From Trypethelium eluteriae (lineage: Eukaryota), in assembly GCA_051942245.1 (NCBI GenBank), contig JAVECL010000198.1, forward strand, positions 1 to 36,905: a DNA stretch of 36,905 nucleotides, in the 5' to 3' direction. The notes beneath the pieces are model-generated. The model did no database searches. It was given only the letters and a program-made list of their open reading frames with translations, and was not told the DNA's origin. The translations under genes and the position numbers were made by a program. The first letter of the stretch is position 1. Each line of letters starts with the position of its first letter. Below are positions 1-10,026 of the stretch, in pieces.

Positions 1-640
1 TCCGCCACTGCCCCACCCCCCAGCACTATTCCTGCCATACGGCGACCAACGCTCCTGATTCCCACTGCCACTCCCCCTCCCGGCCGCGCCGCTCATGAAC
101 GCCCCCGCACCCGTCTGCGACATAGCGCCGTACGTACGATCGCCACCGAGACTGCTCGCGCGGTTATGCGCCCTTTGCTCTCGGCGCCTGTTGCGGAAGC
201 GGCGGGCGACGATGAACATCGCGGCGCCGTACGCGACGGCACCCGCGCAGACACCGACGCCGATGCCGACCGACGACTTCCGCACGGGTTGCGAGGCGCC
301 GGAGTCGCTGCCGATGGGGCTGCCGCCGTTGCTGGCGGAGGTGGAGGCGCCGGATGGGTCGTTCGGGTTCGGCTGGCCGGTGCTGCCTGGGCTGCCGTTG
401 CCGGTGAGGCCTTGGCCGGCTTGGATGGGGAAGGAGGGCGAGACGAGGTCCATGAGGGTCTTGACGCTTGGGTCTGGGTTGTTGTAGATGGCGGAGATGG
501 GGGTGTGGATGTTGAGGGAGAGGGCGTTGACTTGGTCGGATGGGATGTAGAAGAGTGCGAGCGTGGTGATGTAGTGAAGGTCCTGAGTCGTGTCGTACGG
601 CTGAAGCGAGTGCATGGCGATGGAGTTTAGATCGATGTCA
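1..640. other. C-rich to G-rich skew-switch island 1 (msb2 3' region)
   Basis: Hand counts: bases 1-60 have 29 C / 9 G; bases 481-540 have 4 C / 31 G; GC/CpG-rich centre at about 180-350. Confidence 0.75.
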
Positions 641-3600
641 AGGCCGTGGCTCACACCTTTTGGCAAGAATTGGAAGATTTGGCTGGCAGAGCCGTACGTT
701 GAGGCAACGAAGGGGTAGTTAAGGGAATAACCGAACCCAATCTGGACGAGAGTAGAGTTGTTCGGTTGTGGCTGCATACCGCCAGGAGGTTGAATGATGC
801 GCGGTATGCTAGTGGGGATGCCAGTCTCACTTGGTGGAGGAATTGACCCACTCGGCGTTGGTGTGAAGATGATGCTGGAACCAGCATTCAGTGTCGTCGC
901 AGCATCAGTTCCAATGGGCTGAATCGACTCAGGTGGCGTTGCAGCTGCGGTCGGTGGAGAACTCAAGCCAGGGACCGAGCCTTCCACGGATGCGGTTGAG
1001 GGTGGAAGCATGGTTTGCGTCCCGCCAGTAGCCTCCGTCGATACTCCACTAGTCAGCCCAGAGGATCCTGTCGCCGTTGAAACACCAGTAGACCCAGTGT
1101 CAGTCGGAGATGGCAAGCCAGTCTGTGAGCCAGGGATCACTGTAGGAAGAGTAGCACTACCACTGGTCTCGGAGCCCGGAGTCGAAATGCTACTGCCAGT
1201 TGCTCCAGTCGCAGACGCTCCTGTCCCAGACACTCCAGTGCCGGAAGGAGAAATTCCAGAGGGAGTGACACCGGTACCAGAGGGAGTAACACCAGTACCA
1301 GAAGGAGAAACCCCAGTGGGAGTAACACCAGAAGGAGAGATCCCAGAAGGCGTAGGAGGCGAAGGAGTACCAGGAGTTGAACCAGGGATGACTGTAGGAA
1401 CCGAAGTTCCACCAAGGCTCGTAGTAAAGCCCGTGGTGAGCGGAATACTCTCAGTAGCAGAAGGTGCACCTGTCTGAGTGTCTGAAGGGAAACTGATGAC
1501 AGTGGAGCCACCAGAAGTCAGTGGCACAATTGGAACTACTGAGCCAGAGCTGTCGGTAGTGTAGCTAGAGACCTGACTGGGCTGTGCTGGAGAAGTAGAA
1601 CCTGCTCCGGTAGACACAGGGATAGGCACAGCACCAGTAGTACCAGTAGCTCCACCATTGAGAGCTGTCGAGACTCCAGAATGCAGGGCGGACGATGCAA
1701 CTGAGAGCTGACTAGAAATCTCAGATGCCACCGAAGATGATATGGCAGACTGATCAGTTGCTGTCGCAACCACACTGGCGAGCGAGGAGCTGAGCGATTG
1801 ACCAAGGCTAGAGACTATGCTAGACTCGGCTGATGATACTATTGGCAGAATACCGCTACCAGTGCCAGAGCCAGTCGGTTGCGTCAAAATCCCGCTGGTG
1901 ATACCCGATACAATTGACGATTGCGCTACTGAGATGACGCTGCTGAGGTCTGAGGCGACCGGAGCTGTAACGCTTAGCGCAGAGCTTATGATAGGTGGTG
2001 TCGAAATTCCAGTGGTAGGGAGGCCACCTGTTCCAGTCGTACCCGTCGGGACAACAGTATTGAGAGACGTCGTGGGCAAGCCATCGGTACCGGTCGAAAC
2101 AGTGGGGACAACGGTGTTTGAAGATGTCGTAGGAAGACCGTCGGTACCAGTGGTAATAGTTGGGACGACAGTAGCTGAAGCAGAATCTGATCCAGAAGCG
2201 CCGGTGCCAGATTGGCTAGGCAGCGAAATAGCGGAGGTAATAGGTAGCCCCGTACCAGTAGCACTTGTGCCAGGAAGCGTAATGCCTGAGGTGAGAGGCA
2301 ATCCAGTACCAGAAGCGCTAATCCCTGAGAGAGAAATACCTGAAGTAAGGGGCAAACCAGTCCCAGAAGTGCCTGGCAAAGTGATGCCCGATGTAAGCGG
2401 CAGACCAGTCCCAGAAACCAGACTTGGGGAACCACTGGTTGCGGAGCCACTGGTTGCGGAACCTGATGCGCCTGTACCAGGGTAACTGATGATAGAGGTA
2501 AGCGGTAGGCTCGTCACTCCACCAGTGCTTCCAATAATGGGAGGAATACCAGTCTCGGAAGTGGTGTTAATGGATGTCTCAGGGGAGGAGGTTTGGCTTT
2601 CTCCACCGGCTGTTGTGGTATCAGTGCCAGTCACCGCGGTCGTGCCAGTTCCAGCCAGTCCAGAAGATACTTCTGAGACGGCAGAAGAGATGCCTGAGGT
2701 TAGCCCTGAAACGACCGACGACACTCCAGACGCAAGGCCAGAAGTTACAGATGGGATTATACCGCCGGTGCCTGTGGCGCCTGTAGCCGAAATGCCAGTG
2801 GCGGACGTGGATGTTTCAATGGTCGAAGGACGGGAAGTTCCAGTTTGGGAAGAGCCAGGCAGCCGTGAAGCAGTGGAAGCACCTGATGACCCACTGCTTG
2901 TTCCCAGAATAGTCGACAACCCAACAATAATACCACCTGAGCTCGATGAGGAGGCACCTTCTGCCGTGGATGGGCTTGCTGAGAGGCCAGTTGGGAGGCC
3001 AGTTGGGAGGAGGGTTGTCTCCGGAAGACCTGAAGTCGTTCCCACTGATGGCTTTGTTGTATCTGTAGGTCCGGTGGTTGAGCTGGAAGTGCTGCCTGAT
3101 GGGGAGACAGGGCTGGTAGGGACACCTCCAGTCGACCCAACTGAGCTGGATCCTTCTGTTGTGCCGCTGCTGGTCAAAGTACTTTGCCCAGTCGATGTCT
3201 CAGAAAGTATAGGAGAGAGACCGGTCGAGACTGCAGATGTGGCACTGGATACGATGCTGCTGGCGCTCGAAACTATAGAAGAGAGCACCGATGACAGGGA
3301 ATTTGTAGGTGGTACAACAGGAACAATGGTAGAGCCACCCGTCGAACCAACGACAGTCGTCGAAGGTATCGATGACGATTCCTCAGAGCTTGAGGCAGAG
3401 CTTGAGGCAGAGCTTGCTGAATAGCTGGAAGCACTTGTGGAAACAGTTGGTTGAATTGTTGTAGATGGTGAGGAACCAGTCGAGCCTCCACCAAGGACAG
3501 AGCTAAACAAAGAGCTCACGCTGTTCAAGAGCGGGGCCGAAGAAGAAGACGTTGTCGCGCTTGTTGTTGGCGTTGTTGACGTTGACGGTGTCGGCAGAAT

Positions 3601-4827
3601 GACAGTCGAAGGAAGTCCGCTACTGGAGGCTTGACCTGATGATTCACTCGACGAAACAATAGACGACTGCGTGGTTGAGGATGCCGTAGTACTTGACGGC
3701 GTTGTCGTCGGCGATAGTGTTGGCTGAAGAGGATTTGAAGGTACTCCATTGCTCGAGGCAAAGGTTGGTCGAGTGGAAGGTTCTTCAGGCGGAATCTCGC
3801 TGTTCGCAGTGGTTGAAGATTCGATGCCGGAGGATGCAGTAGGCGAACCAGTTGTCGATGGCGTTGTTGATGTTTCTGACGAATCTGTCGCCGATGATAC
3901 ACTCGTCTCCGAAGTCTTCGAGGTTGTGGACGGTGTCGGTGGGACTATGCTGGTCGGGAGGCCTAAAGACGAACCAGGGACACTCAGCGTCGTTGGAATC
4001 GATGTTGTAGCGCTTATCGCCGTGGTAGACTCAACAGATGCCGCAGACTCGGAGGCCGCCGACGCTGACGCCACTGAAGCTGCTGAGGCTGCGGAGCCGG
4101 CGGACTGGGCTGAGGCAACGGACTGTGCGGACGCAACAGATGCAGCAGATGCAGCGGACGCGGCTGACGCAGCAGACTGAGCAGCCTGAGCAGAAGCTAC
4201 CGAAGCTGCTGAAGCTGCAGATACGATTGAAGCTCCAGAGGCAACTGAAGCTGCCGAAGCGACTGAAGCCGCAGAGGCTGCCGATGCAACAGATGCATAC
4301 GACGCAGCGGCCAAAGAAGCAGTGTCGGCTGCCGATGAGGTTATCGATGACGATGTTATTGACGATGATGTTGCTGACGATGAAGAGCCCGTTCCAACCA
4401 CAGTTGAGTCGGGAATGATACCATCGTTCGTTGTCGTCTGCGTAGGCGTCGTCAATGTCGTCGGCGTCGTCGTCGGCGTTGACGCTGACGTTGTCGTTGC
4501 CGCTGGCGTTGTCGTCGTCTCTGGTATTGTCGTCGGCGTTGTCGTCGTTGATACGGCTTCAGATGTTGTGCTTGTACTTGATGGCGCGCCCCCAATGAGT
4601 GAACTGATTGCTGCCGATACGCTATTCGCTAGTGACTGCTCTGTTGTAGTGACGTTCTCTCCCGACAGGACCTGCCGTCTTATCAATCGCGGGAAGTAGT
4701 ATTTGGGCCGCGAATCAGGTCCATCCTGTTGTGGGGGCGCCGGCGCAGCATCCGCTATCGTAAGTATAGGTCCATGAACCGACATTAAGGCGAGCACAGC
4801 CGCCCAGGTAATTACTGATGACTTCAT
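1..4827 (-). CDS. msb2: Signalling mucin Msb2/MsbA (Hkr1/Msb2 family), 3'-truncated by window edge, >=1609 aa
   Basis: Single minus-strand frame from ATG at 4827 (MKSSVITWAAVLALMSVHGPILTIADAAP, signal-peptide-like) with YYFPRLIRRQ, then a long Ser/Thr/Pro/Gly mucin region. This is followed by an HMH-type domain (NSTLVQIGFGYSLNYPFVASTYGSASQIFQFLPKG...MHSLQPYDTTQDLHYITTLALFYIP), one TM helix (VGIGVGVCAGAVAYGAAMFIV) and a basic cytoplasmic tail (ARRFRNRRREQRAHNRASSL). It stays in frame to base 1, which explains its absence from the ORF track. The + strand ORFs at 95, 1010, 1817, 2489, 3749 and 4322 are all in one antisense phase. Confidence 0.93.
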   Translation of the reverse strand, partial: MKSSVITWAAVLALMSVHGPILTIADAAPAPPQQDGPDSRPKYYFPRLIRRQVLSGENVTTTEQSLANSVSAAISSLIGGAPSSTSTTSEAVSTTTTPTTIPETTTTPAATTTSASTPTTTPTTLTTPTQTTTNDGIIPDSTVVGTGSSSSATSSSITSSSITSSAADTASLAAASYASVASAASAASVASAASVASGASIVSAASAASVASAQAAQSAASAASAASAASVASAQSVASAQSAGSAASAASVASASAASESAASVESTTAISATTSIPTTLSVPGSSLGLPTSIVPPTPSTTSKTSETSVSSATDSSETSTTPSTTGSPTASSGIESSTTANSEIPPEEPSTRPTFASSNGVPSNPLQPTLSPTTTPSSTTASSTTQSSIVSSSESSGQASSSGLPSTVILPTPSTSTTPTTSATTSSSSAPLLNSVSSLFSSVLGGGSTGSSPSTTIQPTVSTSASSYSASSASSSASSSEESSSIPSTTVVGSTGGSTIVPVVPPTNSLSSVLSSIVSSASSIVSSATSAVSTGLSPILSETSTGQSTLTSSGTTEGSSSVGSTGGVPTSPVSPSGSTSSSTTGPTDTTKPSVGTTSGLPETTLLPTGLPTGLSASPSTAEGASSSSSGGIIVGLSTILGTSSGSSGASTASRLPGSSQTGTSRPSTIETSTSATGISATGATGTGGIIPSVTSGLASGVSSVVSGLTSGISSAVSEVSSGLAGTGTTAVTGTDTTTAGGESQTSSPETSINTTSETGIPPIIGSTGGVTSLPLTSIISYPGTGASGSATSGSATSGSPSLVSGTGLPLTSGITLPGTSGTGLPLTSGISLSGISASGTGLPLTSGITLPGTSATGTGLPITSAISLPSQSGTGASGSDSASATVVPTITTGTDGLPTTSSNTVVPTVSTGTDGLPTTSLNTVVPTGTTGTGGLPTTGISTPPIISSALSVTAPVASDLSSVISVAQSSIVSGITSGILTQPTGSGTGSGILPIVSSAESSIVSSLGQSLSSSLASVVATATDQSAISSSVASEISSQLSVASSALHSGVSTALNGGATGTTGAVPIPVSTGAGSTSPAQPSQVSSYTTDSSGSVVPIVPLTSGGSTVISFPSDTQTGAPSATESIPLTTGFTTSLGGTSVPTVIPGSTPGTPSPPTPSGISPSGVTPTGVSPSGTGVTPSGTGVTPSGISPSGTGVSGTGASATGATGSSISTPGSETSGSATLPTVIPGSQTGLPSPTDTGSTGVSTATGSSGLTSGVSTEATGGTQTMLPPSTASVEGSVPGLSSPPTAAATPPESIQPIGTDAATTLNAGSSIIFTPTPSGSIPPPSETGIPTSIPRIIQPPGGMQPQPNNSTLVQIGFGYSLNYPFVASTYGSASQIFQFLPKGVSHGLDIDLNSIAMHSLQPYDTTQDLHYITTLALFYIPSDQVNALSLNIHTPISAIYNNPDPSVKTLMDLVSPSFPIQAGQGLTGNGSPGSTGQPNPNDPSGASTSASNGGSPIGSDSGASQPVRKSSVGIGVGVCAGAVAYGAAMFIVARRFRNRRREQRAHNRASSLGGDRTYGAMSQTGAGAFMSGAAGRGSGSGNQERWSPYGRNSAGGWGSGG
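1210..1380 (-). repeat. Coding tandem repeat in Msb2 (PSG[I/V][S/T] / PSGTGVT units)
   Basis: Translation TPSGISPSGVTPTGVSPSGTGVTPSGTGVTPSGISPSGTGVSGTGAS; near-identical DNA units ggagtgacaccggtaccagag / ggagtaacaccagtaccagaag. Confidence 0.8.
2015..2170 (-). repeat. Coding 19-aa repeat x~3 in Msb2 (TVVPTxxTGTDGLPTTSxN)
   Basis: TVVPTITTGTDGLPTTSSN / TVVPTVSTGTDGLPTTSLN / TVVPTGTTGTGGLPT. Confidence 0.8.
2215..2420 (-). repeat. Coding 16-18-aa repeat x4 in Msb2 (GTGLPLTSGITLPGT)
   Basis: SGTGLPLTSGITLPGT / SGTGLPLTSGISLSGISA / SGTGLPLTSGITLPGTSA / TGTGLPITSAISLPS. Confidence 0.8.
4030..4320 (-). repeat. (Ser-x-Ala)n tripeptide-periodic tract in Msb2
   Basis: About 95 aa: ASLAAASYASVASAASAASVASAASVASGASIVSAASAASVASAQAAQSAASAASAASAASVASAQSVASAQSAGSAASAASVASASAASESAASVES. 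Confidence 0.85.
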
Positions 4828-4862
4828 CTTCAAGTATTATGTGGAGTATACGTAACAGGTCG

Positions 4863-4941
4863 CTAAACAGAACAAGGTAGATTGGAAAAGGCCTCCCAAA
4901 GTTAGCATCACGTTGTGGAGCGTGGTAAGGGCAAAGCTTAC
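4863..4941 (-). other. Putative 5'-UTR intron of msb2
   Basis: Minus-strand GTAAGC donor at 4941, GCTAAC branch at 4906-4901, pyrimidine tract and TTTAG acceptor ending at 4863, 35 nt upstream of the ATG. Confidence 0.45.
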
Positions 4942-6050
4942 AATCAGGATTTGGTATAAACGAGTGGACTTGACAATATGTCAAGGATCAAAGGAGTGAG
5001 GCTGTTAGGAGATGCTGTTAGACATGGCAGGTTTTCAGTGGTTGAGGCAAACTCACTGTGCTGTATGAGCACTGGAGGGATGTGAATGAAGCCTTCCTGT
5101 GAATTTCCCGGAAAAGGTTGTTTGTATGGTGTAACAATCAATATTCCCCAGACATCTCCCCCTACCGACCGCTCGTGGTAAAGATTGTTGATTCACCAGC
5201 CAGGAGATGTCCGACTGTTATTTTTTGCAAGAACCGAGACCAAGCCTAGACGACGGGGAAATTGAGGGACGGTGGATTTCCCTTGTCCGAAAAATGAGTG
5301 CAGCCAAGCGAAAGCCACAGGAGAATGGAGGAAATATGGCGACAAATATTACGTGCTCGCCGTTGGCCGTCAATGACAAAGAATTGAATGGCTGCAGGCG
5401 TGAGACCGACCAATGATAGCTCGATTACTTGTTATCTTTATTTCAATTCCAGCGGGAGCCTTCCGATCTTGGGCTTCTTGAAGTAAATTGCGTGGAAATT
5501 GGTGTAGTCGTCCTCGTGGTTGGGATCCAGAAACGAGGGTTTGGTGGAACAAAGTACAGAAAGGGAGCGGGTGCAGGCTTGGAGGCGTCCAGACGGTCGG
5601 ATTTAATCAGCGAACCGGGGGATTATTATATGCTAATTCCGCAGTGTCAAAGTTGAAAGGCAATGAGTGTCCGTAAGGGAAGGCGGAGAGCAGGTGTCGA
5701 GCGACAGCCGGATTGGAGATTTCCTCTGCGAAAGGGGCCCTGTGTACGGTAGGATGCGACGGGATGGGATGGTGACAGGTGACGGGGAGATTGGCCAGCT
5801 GCGAACCCTCTCAGCGCAGCGCGGTCGTCAGTCGAGTGTCGCAAATGCGTCGAGCGTGGTGGCGGGGAGAGAGGTGAGGGTCGCCGTCGGATGGATGGGG
5901 GCGGACGAGGAGGTGAAGAGTGAGGGCCGGAAGAAGAGGGAGATTGCGGGTTTGGCAGAGAGTCTCGGTGGTGCTGCAAGGCCACTGGCACCACTGGCAC
6001 CGCTGGGGCAGGCACGGCAAGCTAGGGTAGGCGTGGGAAAGTAACTAACT

Positions 6051-6100
6051 CGACCCAGCTAAACCGAGCTAGACCCAGCTAAACCCAGCTAAACCCAGCG
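6051..6100. repeat. Five tandem 10-bp units (consensus AAACCCAGCT)
   Basis: cgacccagct aaaccgagct agacccagct aaacccagct aaacccagcg. Confidence 0.85.
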
Positions 6101-9100
6101 AGATGCCCGGCAGGAGCAGGCTGGACAGAATTGCCAAAGCACCAAAGGCTGCACAAATTCTCCTCCCGATTTCCCACCAATTCCCCACCAATTCCACGCC
6201 CGGCCAACCGCACCCTTGGCCTGCCAAGCTTCTTTTGGTACACGACAATCACGTTGCAGCGCCCACCCCTGTGCATTTAATCTCTCCCTCAGGCTCCTTC
6301 CTCGTGCCCCGATTCTCTCGAAGCACGCTTATCATTAGCAGCTCTCTACCTAACCGATTCACCGCTGCCACTTCCATTCTCTCACTGCTGCAGGAGCACT
6401 GGAGTCTTCCAAGTGCAGAGTGCCAATAACGCGCCCCATCCTCGCGGCTAAGCACTAGTTATTGGATCTGTCCGTTAAAGGTAGCAGCCGTGTCCAGCTG
6501 TTGCGCATTATCACGGTAAGGTAGCCGAGTTTGCTGCGGCCAGCGGCTTGGGACCAATGGACCAAGCGACCAAAATAGCACCAGCAGAGTAACCACCGTA
6601 ACCCTTAGGCGCCAACGACTCAATTGCTATTTGCTATTTGTCCTTTGCCCTTTAGCTTTCGATCCTCATTCCTCACGTTCTTGCCGATGCTGACGGTGGT
6701 CGAGATGAAAAGCAACGTGACCGTAGCCGAACTGCATTTCGTCATGTTTCTCCCTCTCGTCCAGTCTGGTGGTGCTGCGACCCCTCTGCTTGAGATCATG
6801 GTTGTTTGACCTCCTTGCCACACTTATGCTAGGAAGCACAGGACAAGGGCCAGATCGCAGGGTTACTCTTGACGGCCAAGTCGATGGCGGCGTGAGCGAC
6901 AGGGATCTCCCTGTTGGTGTCAAGGGCGAAGCTCACGTTCCTGGCCGAGGTCAAGGGCAGCCGGCGACCAGGATGCAAGCCGTTTTCTCGTGGGGCACGC
7001 CCCTTCCGACTGTCAATTTCCCGATCGCAGCCAGTCGTGAGCCTTCAGGAGGCGTACAGCAAAAGCCGCAATCCGACTCCTCTGGTGCCTCTCATCCAAA
7101 GCGATCTCCACCTCCGCCCGTTGCCACCATCCTTATTGTCGTTAGCCTGATGCCTCTTTTTCTTTAGGCTCTCGTTGGAGAGATTGAGGGGCGCTTCATG
7201 CCTAAAGTAATAACCTTCAATCGCTCGAAGTCTTCGGCGCGCGTGTCTTAATCCACCGCGTCAAATATGATTGATTTCACTTTTTGTTTTCATCAGCAAA
7301 TTACAGAGAATCATGGTACGGTCGAGAACTGTCCCATCGTTTTCCACCTCCTGATTAGCGTCGATCAATACGATGGTAAGCCATCGAAAGCAACATTTGT
7401 TTTTCCGCAGCTCTCCGTACCGCTCAACCAGAGTTCAAGTTTGTGGAATAATGCGTGTTTAGTAGTACAGAAACTACCGTTACAATAGATTGTCTTTCTA
7501 GTGTATGCAGCCATGTCACTTCAATAGTCGAACCTTGTGTTGTTGTAGGTAAAGGCTGAGTAAAGACTCTACGCTAAGGGATACCATACCTATGGCACAC
7601 ATGCTTATCACCTTCAAGCTTAATTACAAATGGCGAAGAAAAGAAGGGAAATCAGTTTCAAACTCTTCCAGAATTCTTGTTACCTCGTGTGTCCAGGGTT
7701 CACGGCATCCTGCCTGCAGCCTTACGCCCCTGGGGTTTGTCTGTCGAACCAGGCCGGTCCAGCCTGCATCGCACGTCTCACCGTTTCATCTTCGTCCCTT
7801 TGGACTCTAGTGTACCTCCTGTACGGAGTACCTGCGTCACATTCTTTCTTTGGGAGAATCGCTAGCTACGACTATCTTTTGCGAACTTTGTTGCAGAGAC
7901 TATTGGCATCTCAAACGCGCTTGCATAGGCTGAAGGTGATCTCTTTGTTATTCTTCGGCACCTACGTGCGGCGAGCGTGTCAAACATCGTGACACTCTTA
8001 CCCGTAACGTACATGGATCTACCAGCTGCGAGTGAAAGTCGCACTGGCACTCGCGTTATCTTGCCACACAGGGTTTGCTTTCATCTTCTAAATGACGGAT
8101 TCTCGCATGAGCAAATCGACATCAGCCAACGAAACCATTGTGCTCGAGCAAATACCATTCTCAGATGATCCTCCGTACACGTCCGCCGTGATACTTGCGT
8201 CAGGTATTTTGAAAACGCTAGAACAGGCTTCATGTCCGTTTTAGCGTTTTCTTTCTCATTGCGACTTGCCCTCAAACAGCAATGTCCCAGCCAGAATATC
8301 TGCCGATTGTGCTTCTAAGTGCTCCGTACCGAAGCACAGGTTACCAGACACGATGATGTTACGAAAATTCGGCTCTGTGTGAAGACACCAACGGATGCAG
8401 GCTTCACGAAACCCGAGTAAGAGTCCACCACCACCAGCGCCTCTAGGCACTGAAACCCCCATTCAACGACCTCATTCCATCAATCGAGGAACATGCAAAT
8501 CTAGGCTGAGAGTCAATTGCGCGTGTTCATTAATCGCAAGACTTGATCTTATTAAGGATAATTTCCCCTCTCAGAGCATCCATCTGTAGATAAAACCTGA
8601 TGAATCCGACATTCGGCCATGTAGTCATCATGCACTTTCCTTCCCTACTCAGTCACTCGCAGCGCCGACCCGCAACAACCAGTAGCCACCACACTCTTTT
8701 CCTAATTTTACTGCAGGCAAGCCATCGAGGCGTCTCCCTTTCAGATGCGCGTTGGGTTCCGCTTGCTTCCAAAGATGTAATGCTGTGGTTCAGGCCGGGA
8801 AGACCGGAACCAATCTGAACCTCGTGCCAAAACAAATCAAGACGGACCCTTCCACATCCACATAAGTTTCTCCGCCTTGCAACTCGTCTGGAGCTGAAAT
8901 TGCGTCCCATGGTCCAGCCAAGCCTTGCATGGTTCAGTCTATAGTGACAGCCAGGGCGGCGTAGGCAGGTGGCCTCTTACACAGCACAGACAGAAGTGGA
9001 ATAGAACCTGAGTCGACGCTCTCGGACAGCTTGTCGTGTTGATTGGTACCTGGAACTTGGATGGGCGTGGTGGGATATGTGCGGCGTGGGGGCTGCTGAT

Positions 9101-10026
9101 CTGTCGTGCAGGTCGACGACTCGTACCTTCCACAAGCGGGACGCGGTTTAGAGAAACGAAGAAAAGCAAAGATACTGGTTTCATCGCGGACCCACGAGCA
9201 TGTGAAAGTTTTTGAAGAAGAGGGAATCTTTGAAAATCTACAGAGCTCCAATTGGGTCAATGTGGGTGAGCTGCTCAAGTGGTTTTATTACTTGCAGGGT
9301 ACGGCCTCAGTTTTGTAGGACCACTTAGAAAGCCGAAATAGACGAGTATGAGATGAAATTTTGGAGAAATTTTCCAAAGAGGGCACAGAGTGACTTAGTG
9401 AGAGAGCTATCCTGCATGGAAAGAGTTGTCAAAAGCTTATAATAGCTAATAAAATGGAGGATATTGGCTTTACAAATGAGGTCTGTAGCAATTTGATACT
9501 TATATCACGGGAAGATTAGATCTTTCATGGAGGGGGTTTTTTTGTCTTGGGAAAGAAAACAAGTCCTCTAATTCAGTATGTATAGATTATTAGAAAGCCC
9601 TTCTGATTCAGTGATATCTAACGATGTCGAATTATCCTCAGAGATGGATGCGTCATTGACATACAAGAGATGTCCTAGAGGAAAGTCTACAGGAAAGGAT
9701 TTCCAAAGGCTATGATGTTTAGCACTTGAATGAAATGTCGAGAACTGCTCGTAAGCTGATAAGCTTTAATACCACCCTGCACGAATATCTCGTTCAGGGT
9801 ACTGCACCGCTCACCAGACGTCCGTGTAGTTCGGCTCATTGGTATTTGGTGTTTGTTGTACTTACCTGGCAGATGCGGGATGGTCCCGGACCATTCTTTG
9901 ACGCTTGACGCTCTTCAAGTTTTGCCAGCTTCTATACTCCATCACCCCACTCATCGACAAATACATCGCTATGGCGCAAGACTCTGAAACCTTACTCCTC
10001 ATAATCGAATAGCCATTCCACCGACA

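Noticed and set aside
95..4699. Series of long + strand ORFs (95, 1010, 1817, 2489, 3749, 4322; Val/Glu/Pro/Asp-rich)
   Set aside because: All in the same antisense phase to the Ser/Thr-rich msb2 frame; typical shadow ORFs of a low-complexity mucin.
6051..6100. CRISPR-like or telomeric array
   Set aside because: Units are 10 bp with no spacers, the context is eukaryotic, and the unit is not TTAGGG.
9320..9720. AT-rich stretch as a RIP-mutated transposon
   Set aside because: No terminal repeats, target-site duplication or transposase/RT motif visible; kept only as part of the low-confidence relic finding.
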